From: Neisseria lactamica
GTDB lineage: Bacteria > Pseudomonadota > Gammaproteobacteria > Burkholderiales > Neisseriaceae
Assembly (NCBI RefSeq): GCF_901482445.1
Contig: NZ_LR590477.1
Coordinates: 1,315,161-1,347,160, forward strand
Length of the DNA: 32,000 bases
Direction: 5' to 3'
In this document: positions 8,797 to 15,233 of the stretch, piece after piece
Layout: the number at the start of each line of letters is the position of its first letter
Numbering within the stretch: position 1 is the first letter of the stretch
Translations under genes and position numbers: made by a program
The notes under the pieces: generated by a model
What the model was told of the DNA's origin: nothing
What the model saw: the letters and a program-made list of their open reading frames with translations, nothing else
Database searches by the model: none

Positions 8797-9339
8797 GCCG
8801 TTGACCGGTGGATACGGGAAAATCCCAATGCCGCCGAAACCATCGAAGCCCTGGCCAACGTCCTGCCGTTTGCCAAAGTCAAAAACCTGACAAAGGCGGC
8901 AAAAGTAGCCAAAGCCGCGAAGTTGGCAAAGGCGGCAAAACCGGGGAAGGCGAAGGTCAGCGGGGATTTTGCTGTTGCCACACAAGCCAAATACAAGCAA
9001 TATGGGGATGCGCATTCTGCCAATGCCCAATCGGCATTAGCTAAGAAATTGTCAGGTTTGGAAGATGCTCAAAATAGTGCGTCTAGGACAAAAACTTTAC
9101 CTGATGGGAGAATCAGGTATTATGAAGCTGAGCGATTTGCTAGAACCGAGGGAAGAACGAGGGGTAATAGCTTTGTTACAGAATATAATCCTAAAACAGG
9201 CAGTACCCGACAATGGACGGAAAATTATGACCATAGCGGGAACGTAACTATGGTTCATCCTAAATCAATTAACGGACAAAGTGTAACCTCTCAGCATTAT
9301 CCACCAACAAAACAGGAATTAGATTCATGGAAAAAATAA
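8797..9339 (+). CDS. Silent/orphan mafB C-terminal cassette 1 (5'-truncated mafB module with an alternative toxin tip)
   Basis: The frame opens right after a TAA (8794..8796) and encodes AVDRWIRENPNAAETIEAL...KAAKLAKAAKPGKAKVSGDF, homologous to MafB residues encoded at 7767..7904. A different C-terminal domain follows (...GRIRYYEAERFARTEGRTRGNSFVTEYNPKTGSTRQWTENYDHSGNVTMVHPK...). No ATG or RBS. The track's TTG start at 8923 lies inside the Lys/Ala linker. Confidence 0.75.
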   Translation, partial: AVDRWIRENPNAAETIEALANVLPFAKVKNLTKAAKVAKAAKLAKAAKPGKAKVSGDFAVATQAKYKQYGDAHSANAQSALAKKLSGLEDAQNSASRTKTLPDGRIRYYEAERFARTEGRTRGNSFVTEYNPKTGSTRQWTENYDHSGNVTMVHPKSINGQSVTSQHYPPTKQELDSWKK

Positions 9340-9557
9340 CTCAACAATACGCATATTCTGAACTGCTCAGATTGTTCAATCAAAACGCTTCGGATGAAAA
9401 AATTGCGAATCTTGCTTTTGATTTTCTGTATGCTTGGTCAAAAGATAATTCTCCAGAATCGCGTAATATAATCTATGATTTAGCACTTATCGGTGAACCG
9501 GGTATGGAACTGACCCGTAATGACATAAAAGAATTGATTGACAGTTTAGTTGAGTAA
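9327..9557 (+). CDS. Putative immunity protein for orphan cassette 1 (MafI-like, 76 aa)
   Basis: Its ATG is embedded in the last codons of the cassette (13-nt overlap: gat tcATGg aaa aaa taa). Small acidic protein, AT-rich. Confidence 0.6.
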   Translation: MEKITQQYAYSELLRLFNQNASDEKIANLAFDFLYAWSKDNSPESRNIIYDLALIGEPGMELTRNDIKELIDSLVE

Positions 9558-9589
9558 GTATAGGTTAGGCTGAAAATCCCACAATCAAA

Positions 9590-9601
9590 AGGTCGTCTGA
9601 A
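9590..9601 (+). repeat. Non-canonical DNA uptake sequence AGGTCGTCTGAA (matches the mucosa-type DUS dialect as I recall it)
   Basis: Exact 12-mer AGGTCGTCTGAA. It is the left arm of a degenerate hairpin (AAAGGTCGT 9588..9596 pairs with ACGACCTTT 9620..9628). Confidence 0.6.
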
Positions 9602-9659
9602 ACTGCTTTTAATTTCCAAACGACCTTTCCTTCATTTGAAACAGGATATTGAGAACTAA

Positions 9660-10331
9660 GTTCTTCAAAAATCCTACACCTGCTCCTTCCACGGCAGCAC
9701 CTTGGTCAAAACGGCAGACGGCTACAAAGCTATTGCCCGTATCTAGGTCGGAGACCGCGTCTTTGCCAAGGACGAGGCAAGCGGGGAAACAGGATACAAA
9801 CCCGTTACCGCCCAATACGGCAATCCGTATCGGGAAACCGTTTACATTGAAGTTTCAGACGGCATCGGCAACAGCCAAACCCTGATTTCCAACCGCATCC
9901 ATCCGTTTTATTCGGACGGCAAATGGATTAAGGCGGAAGACTTAAAGGCGGGAATCAGGCTGTTATCCGAAAGCGGTGCAGAGCAGGCCGTTCAAAGCGT
10001 TACCGTTAAACCAAAACCGCTCAAAGCCTACAATCTGACCGTTGCCGACTGGCATACTTACTTCGTCAAGGGCAATCAGGCGGAGACGGAAGGGGTTTGG
10101 GTTCATAATTCTTGTCCGCCCAAAAGAACAGGAAGCTCCAAGAATGAAAAACATGGAGACGGCGGTCGAAGTCAAATATCAGCGGAATCAAAAATTACTG
10201 AATTAACAAATAAAATTATTCCCGGAATGTCCAAAAATGAACGCTTAAAGATTAAGCAAAAAATCAAAAATATTGCCAAAAATGCCAATCGAAAAACAAA
10301 AGGAGAAGAGCATGGTCGACGCGGTCGTTAA
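9660..10331 (+). pseudogene. Start-less Hint/bacterial-intein-like (BIL) pretoxin module plus short basic C-terminal toxin tip, interrupted by an in-frame TAG (9744..9746)
   Basis: Not in the ORF track. My translation in the frame with codon starts divisible by 3: VLQKSYTCSFHGSTLVKTADGYKAIARI*VGDRVFAKDEASGETGYKPVTAQYGNPYRETVYIEVSDGIGNSQTLISNRIHPFYSDGKWIKAEDLKAGIRLLSESGAEQAVQSVTVKPKPLKAYNLTVADWHTYFVKGNQAETEGVWVHNSCPPKRTGSSKNEKHGDGGRSQISAESKITELTNKIIPGMSKNERLKIKQKIKNIAKNANRKTKGEEHGRRGR*. It shows the Hint N-terminal Cys (CSFHGSTLV), the block TVADWHTYFV and the terminal VHN-S/C. Confidence 0.75.
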
Positions 10332-10767
10332 AACTCCCGAATTTTTACCTTTTACTTCTGTAGGAATATTCCGTTTTGGTGCGGATATAACACAGTACAA
10401 AAACATACTGGAAACTTTTATGTATGAACCTCCTGATGAGTTTGGAACAGAATATTATGAATCTCCCGACTCAAATTTACTCATTTCCGTCAAAAAAAAC
10501 AAAATTATTTCGATATTTTGTTATCAGGAGCTATATTTTATGGGCGTTAATATAATAGGTCTGAATTTTGAAGATTTTAAACAGCTTTTCCATCACCCTA
10601 AATCATACGGTGTTGATAAATATTATTTATCAAATGAATCTTATCCGACATATGTCTATGAGTTTGATGAAATAGGAGTACAAGCTTGGGAAGCAAAAGG
10701 GAAAATTGTTACTATCATTGCCGGGGGCAAAGACAATTATTCGACAGAACCTTACTACGATGAATAA
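10312..10767 (+). CDS. Putative immunity protein for the Hint-toxin cassette (151 aa)
   Basis: ATG at 10312 is preceded by AGGAG (10301..10305) and overlaps the cassette 3' end by 20 nt. AT-rich, no signal peptide. The track starts it at TTG 10273. Confidence 0.55.
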   Translation: MVDAVVKTPEFLPFTSVGIFRFGADITQYKNILETFMYEPPDEFGTEYYESPDSNLLISVKKNKIISIFCYQELYFMGVNIIGLNFEDFKQLFHHPKSYGVDKYYLSNESYPTYVYEFDEIGVQAWEAKGKIVTIIAGGKDNYSTEPYYDE

Positions 10768-10835
10768 CATTACAGAAAAGAAACAAGAAACGGTACATTT
10801 GATAAAAACCTAAATCGTATTGGAGATTAATTATT

Positions 10836-11213
10836 ATGTGTGAGTTCAAGGATTTTAGAAGAAACATCCCTTGTTTTGAAGAGTATGACGAAAATTCATT
10901 TATTGGCAAATGGTATGATGACGGGGTGTGGGATGATGAAGAATATTGGAAGTTGGAGAATGATTTAATCGAGGTTAGGAGAAAATATCCTTATCCGATG
11001 GATATACCAAGGGATATTGTGATTGGAATCGGTACCATTATTGATTTTTTAATGGTTCCAAATTGGGAGCTTTTTGAAATTAAAGCTTCCCCTTGGTTGC
11101 CTGATAGTGTGGGAATTCATGAACGTTATGAAAGATTCACAACGATGCTCCGTTATATTTTTACCGAGATAGACATAGTCAACGTGCGATTTGATTATTA
11201 CAACAAAAAATAG
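10836..11213 (+). CDS. AT-rich hypothetical protein, orphan immunity-like (125 aa)
   Basis: Clean ORF in an AT-rich block with GGAG upstream. Acidic and Trp/Tyr-rich, no signal peptide, no toxin gene directly upstream. Confidence 0.5.
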   Translation: MCEFKDFRRNIPCFEEYDENSFIGKWYDDGVWDDEEYWKLENDLIEVRRKYPYPMDIPRDIVIGIGTIIDFLMVPNWELFEIKASPWLPDSVGIHERYERFTTMLRYIFTEIDIVNVRFDYYNKK

Positions 11214-11270
11214 CAAAACCCGGCAATCAAAGCTCGTCTGATATAATCGATATATCCTTTTAAACGAAAA

Positions 11271-12410
11271 ATGAATATGTTTAAAAAATTCAAACCGGTA
11301 TTGTTGTCATTTTTTGCACTTGTATTTGCCTTTTGGCTGGGGACGGGTATTGCCTATGAGATTAATCCGCGTTGGTTTTTGAGCGATACGGCAACTGAAA
11401 TACCTGAAAATCCGAATGCTTTTGTGGCGAAACTTGCCCGCCTGTTCCGAAATGCCGACAGGGCGGTTGTCATCGTGAAGGAATCGATGAGGACGGAGGA
11501 AAGTCTTGCCGAAACTGCGGATGACGGTCCGTTGCAGTCGGAGAAGGATTATCTTGCGCTCGCTATCCGGCTCAGTCGTTTGAAAGAAAAGGCGAAATGG
11601 TTTCACGTAACGGAGCAGGAACATGGGGAAGAGGTCTGGCTGGATTACTATATCGGCGAGGGCGGTTTGGTTGCGGTTTCGCTTTTGCAACGCTCGCCGG
11701 AAGCGTTTGTTAATGCCGAATATCTGTATCGGAACGATCGTCCGTTTTCTGTAAATGTGTACGGCGGAACGGTTCACGGGGAAAATTATGAAACGACAGG
11801 AGAATATCGGGTTATTTGGCAACCGGACGGTTCGGTATTTGATGCGGCGGGGCGCGGGAAAATCGGGGAGGATGTTTATGAGCATTGCCTCGGGTGTTAT
11901 CAGATGGCCCGGGTATATTTGGCGAAATACCGGGATGTCGCGAATGACGAGCAGAAGGTTTGGGACTTCCGCGAAGAGAGCAACCGGATTGCATCGGACT
12001 CGCGCGATTCTGTGTTTTATCAGAATATGCGGGAATTGATGCCCCGGGGGATGAAGGCAAACAGTCTTGTGGTCGGCTATGATGCGGACGGTCTGCCGCA
12101 GAAAGTCTATTGGAGTTTCGACAATGGGAAAAAACGCCAGAGTTTCGAATATTATTTGAAAAACGGAAATCTTTTTATTGCACAATCTTCGACGGTAGCA
12201 TTGAAAGCGGATGGCGTAACGGCGGATATACAGACCTATCATGCGCAACAGACGTGGTATTTGGATGGCGGGCGGATTATCCGCGAAGAGAAACAGGGGG
12301 ACAAACTGCCTGATTTTCCTTTGAACTTGGAAGATTTGGAAAAAGAGGTGAGCCGTTATGCAGAGGCTGCGGCGAGACGTTCGGGCGGCAGGCGCGACCT
12401 TTCTCACTGA
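11271..12410 (+). CDS. Hypothetical membrane-anchored protein (379 aa) of normal Neisseria GC content embedded in the island
   Basis: N-terminal hydrophobic segment KPVLLSFFALVFAFWLGTGIAY, and coding-like composition. It is followed by a canonical DUS hairpin. No family recognised. Confidence 0.65.
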   Translation: MNMFKKFKPVLLSFFALVFAFWLGTGIAYEINPRWFLSDTATEIPENPNAFVAKLARLFRNADRAVVIVKESMRTEESLAETADDGPLQSEKDYLALAIRLSRLKEKAKWFHVTEQEHGEEVWLDYYIGEGGLVAVSLLQRSPEAFVNAEYLYRNDRPFSVNVYGGTVHGENYETTGEYRVIWQPDGSVFDAAGRGKIGEDVYEHCLGCYQMARVYLAKYRDVANDEQKVWDFREESNRIASDSRDSVFYQNMRELMPRGMKANSLVVGYDADGLPQKVYWSFDNGKKRQSFEYYLKNGNLFIAQSSTVALKADGVTADIQTYHAQQTWYLDGGRIIREEKQGDKLPDFPLNLEDLEKEVSRYAEAAARRSGGRRDLSH

Positions 12411-12416
12411 ACGCAA

Positions 12417-12447
12417 ATGCCGTCTGAAACCGGTTTTCAGACGGCAT
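12417..12447. terminator. DUS inverted-repeat hairpin downstream of the 379-aa gene
   Basis: Arms at 12417..12428 and 12436..12447. Confidence 0.5.
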
Positions 12448-12616
12448 TGGAGAGTCAGACGCTTTTTGCAATGCCGTATATGCCGAATCCGATTCGCAAC
12501 AAATTGAAAACCACAATCCAAAAAACGGAAATACACATTAAATAACTTAAATATTAATTTAAAAGGCAAGCCAACAGAGTTAAAATTTAAATTCCCTGCT
12601 AGATAAGGATGTTTTA

Positions 12617-13071
12617 ATGAATTTAGAGACAGCAGAAAATATTCAATGCGAATTTGAGTATTTAGCATTAGATGGTTATTTTCCAATGCATTTTGCATCG
12701 CATGGTCAAGGAAACAAAGATTGGCAATTTGCAGTTGAATTCATATATAGATTATTAATATGTCAATTAGCAACTCTTGAACCTATCAACTTTGAAACGA
12801 AAAATGATATTTTAGACTTTTGCCATAATTTAGCAAAACAAAGTCCTTTTAATAATGATAATGAGGTGTGGTATCAGGGGGAAATTGTATTAACAAAAAA
12901 GGGATAGATTTAATAAAGGAATATATTCCAGAGGCGTTTGAAGAGTGGAATGGAAAGAAATTTGAATTAAACATTCCTTTCATTAAAACATTAAAAAATA
13001 TATTTGTTAATTATGAGGTAGCATGGGATGAGAATAATCCACTATTCCCCATTATATCTTTTAAATATTGA
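12617..13071 (+). pseudogene. AT-rich immunity-like gene split by a frameshift at an A6G3 tract (12895..12903)
   Basis: Track ORFs 12617..12907 and 12868..13071 read ...GEIVLTKKG* and ...NKKGIDLIKEY... across the same homopolymer. One added base would fuse them into a single protein of about 150 aa. AAGGA lies upstream of ATG 12617. Confidence 0.55.
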
Positions 13072-13099
13072 ATAAGCGGCATATAGGACAAAAAAGGGG

Positions 13100-13348
13100 C
13101 TAGAAACCCCTGCAAGCCTTATCCTGCAAGACTTTAAGCGGAGTCGAAAGTTTTGAACACAAAAAATTCCCTTTTTGCTGCCCAATAAAACAAACAAATA
13201 AGTTGACATATTGTGCGATATCGAAAGCTGTACCGTATTTTCCCATCGGGTCTTCCCCGTTCTTTATATGAGCGGCAGGCATCCTCATAAAAGAAGGGAT
13301 ACCGATAAGGGAAAATACCCCGGCATAAAAAATATACTGATTAATCAA
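13100..13348 (-). CDS. Doubtful small hydrophobic ORF (82 codons, TTG start) at the AT-rich right edge of the island
   Basis: Only an open frame with two hydrophobic stretches. No ATG start, no RBS, no homology recognised. It may be a gene remnant. Confidence 0.15.
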   Translation of the reverse strand: MINQYIFYAGVFSLIGIPSFMRMPAAHIKNGEDPMGKYGTAFDIAQYVNLFVCFIGQQKGNFLCSKLSTPLKVLQDKACRGF

Positions 13349-13530
13349 TACGAATCCAACAAACAGTTCATCGTATTCTTTTCTGTTGGCGTATAAAAAA
13401 TACTGATATATGCCTTCACTTTCATAGGGCGACGCTTTATGTGCCGTCCTGTGTGTTGAAACGTCGGTTTTCCTTACCGCCTGCCCCGCTTTTCCCTGAT
13501 TGCTGCCAACTGCCGTCCGAACCTGAACCG

Positions 13531-13806
13531 TCAGGTTTCAGACGGCATTTTTTCTGCCTGTTCCCACAATTTCCGTTTTTGTGCGGCGGTCAGTTTTTTG
13601 ACGGCGATTTCCTGTTTGAGCGCAGTGCCTTTATCCATCCCGCCTGCAACGATACGCATCGCCACCGGTTTGAATACGCGGGTATATTTCGCGCCTTTGC
13701 CGGAAGCGTGGGCGGCAAGCCGCTGTTGCGGATTCGGGCTGATACCGCAATAGAACGCGCTGTTTTCACACAATATCAGGTAAACGCTCCAGTTTGACGC
13801 GTTCAT
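13531..13806 (-). CDS. GIY-YIG domain protein (UPF0213/YhbQ-like), 91 aa
   Basis: MNASNWSVYLILCENSAFYCGISPNPQQRLAAHASGKGAKYTRV... matches the small GIY-YIG YhbQ family. The ATG at 13806 overlaps the ampG stop (ATGA). The track ORF's 5' extension lies inside ampG. Confidence 0.8.
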   Translation of the reverse strand: MNASNWSVYLILCENSAFYCGISPNPQQRLAAHASGKGAKYTRVFKPVAMRIVAGGMDKGTALKQEIAVKKLTAAQKRKLWEQAEKMPSET

Positions 13807-15086
13807 CTGCCTGCATCCTGAGTTTTCTCCCCGTTCCAAGGCGCAACTTTCAGCAGCAGCAGCATACCCGGCAGGGCAAGTACGAAACACAGCCGGAAAA
13901 ACGGCACATAACCCATCCATTCGATCAGATAGCCTGCAAAGGAATTGATGACCGTACGCGGCACGGCGGACAGGCTGGTAAACAGCGCAAGCTGCGTTGC
14001 GGTAAATGCGGGATTGGTTTCACGCGCCATATACGATACGAACGCCGCCGTCCCCAAACCCACGCCGACTGCCTCTGCGCCGATAACTGCCGCCAGCATC
14101 AGCCTCTCGCTCGTACCGACTGTGTCGAAATGTCCGAACCCTGCCAACCATACAAACCCCAAAACGGTTACAGCCTGCACCGCGCCGAATATCCACAAGG
14201 CTTTGTTTACGCCGATTTTCAGCATCCACACGCCGCCCAAGATACCTGCCGCCACTGCCGGCCACAGTCCTGCATTTTTCGCAATCAAACCGATGTCGGT
14301 CTTGCTGAAACCCATATCCAGATAAAACGGCGTTGCCAACGAGGTTGCCATACTGTCGCCGAGTTTGTAAAGGAAGATAAACAGCAGCACGCATACCGCC
14401 GAAGCGATGCCTTTGCGCGTAAAAAATTCTTTAAACGGCTCTACCACGGTCTGCTTCAACGTTTTAGGAACGGAAGGCGGCAACACGGGTTCGCGAGCGA
14501 GAAACAGCGTCATCAGAAGGCCGGGCAGCATAAACAGCGAAGTGATGACAAACACCTCCGGCCACGGCATCCTGTCTGCCAACACCAAACTCAATGAACC
14601 GGGAATCAGGGCGGCAACCCGATAGGCGTTCACGTGAACCGAGTTGCCCAAACCCAATTCTTCGTCCGACAAAATCTCGCGCCTGAACGCATCCAACACA
14701 ATATCCTGACTGGCGGCAAAAAACGCGACAAGCACCGACAAGCCGGCAATCAGCGGCAGATGATTACGGGGGTTTAAAAAGGCATATGCCGCCAAAGCCG
14801 CCAGCAACCCTGCCTGCGTCAGCAGCATCCACCCGCGCCGCCGACCCAAAACGGGCAGCCTGACCGCGTCCATCAGCGGCGACCACAAAAATTTCCAAGT
14901 AAACGGCAGACCGATTAACGCCATCAGCCCGATGCTCTTCAAATCCACCTGCTCGCTGCGCAACCACGCCGGAATCAGGTTAATCAGAAAATACAGCGGC
15001 AGCCCCGAGGCAAACCCCGTAAAAATACAGACGAGCATATTGCGGGAAAAGATTTGCCCGATAAAACCTGATTTCGATGCAGTCAT
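13803..15086 (-). CDS. ampG: Muropeptide permease AmpG (MFS)
   Basis: Polytopic MFS protein with AmpG-like motifs (GFASGLPLYF, FTWKFLWSPLMD). I place the start at MTASKSGFIG (ATG 15086). The track's upstream extension begins inside a DUS (MPSE...). Confidence 0.85.
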   Translation of the reverse strand: MTASKSGFIGQIFSRNMLVCIFTGFASGLPLYFLINLIPAWLRSEQVDLKSIGLMALIGLPFTWKFLWSPLMDAVRLPVLGRRRGWMLLTQAGLLAALAAYAFLNPRNHLPLIAGLSVLVAFFAASQDIVLDAFRREILSDEELGLGNSVHVNAYRVAALIPGSLSLVLADRMPWPEVFVITSLFMLPGLLMTLFLAREPVLPPSVPKTLKQTVVEPFKEFFTRKGIASAVCVLLFIFLYKLGDSMATSLATPFYLDMGFSKTDIGLIAKNAGLWPAVAAGILGGVWMLKIGVNKALWIFGAVQAVTVLGFVWLAGFGHFDTVGTSERLMLAAVIGAEAVGVGLGTAAFVSYMARETNPAFTATQLALFTSLSAVPRTVINSFAGYLIEWMGYVPFFRLCFVLALPGMLLLLKVAPWNGEKTQDAGR

Positions 15087-15179
15087 CGTTCGTGTAGCCA
15101 AAAAACAAAAGCCTATTGTAGCAAATATCGCCCGCCTGCTGAAAAACGCCGCGCCGCCGTTTTGCCGTTCCAATGCAAA

Positions 15180-15209
15180 ATGCCGTCTGAAACTGTGTTC
15201 AGACGGCAT
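15180..15209. terminator. DUS inverted-repeat hairpin downstream of glnA
   Basis: Arms at 15180..15191 and 15198..15209, located 25 nt beyond the glnA stop. Confidence 0.55.
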
Positions 15210-15233
15210 TGCTTTTCTGAAAACCCGACGTGC

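Noticed and set aside
8651-8890. 79-aa ORF immediately after mafI
   Set aside because: It crosses a degenerate DUS-like hairpin (about 8692..8725) and then reads the mafB-homologous handle in the wrong frame (…KPLTGGYGKIPMPPKPSKP…). It is better explained as spacer plus the out-of-frame start of the silent cassette.
11307-12698. 463-aa minus-strand ORF
   Set aside because: It is antisense to the 379-aa gene. It has extreme Arg/Ile/Phe/Leu composition, no motifs, and runs through a DUS hairpin and promoter-like AT-rich DNA.
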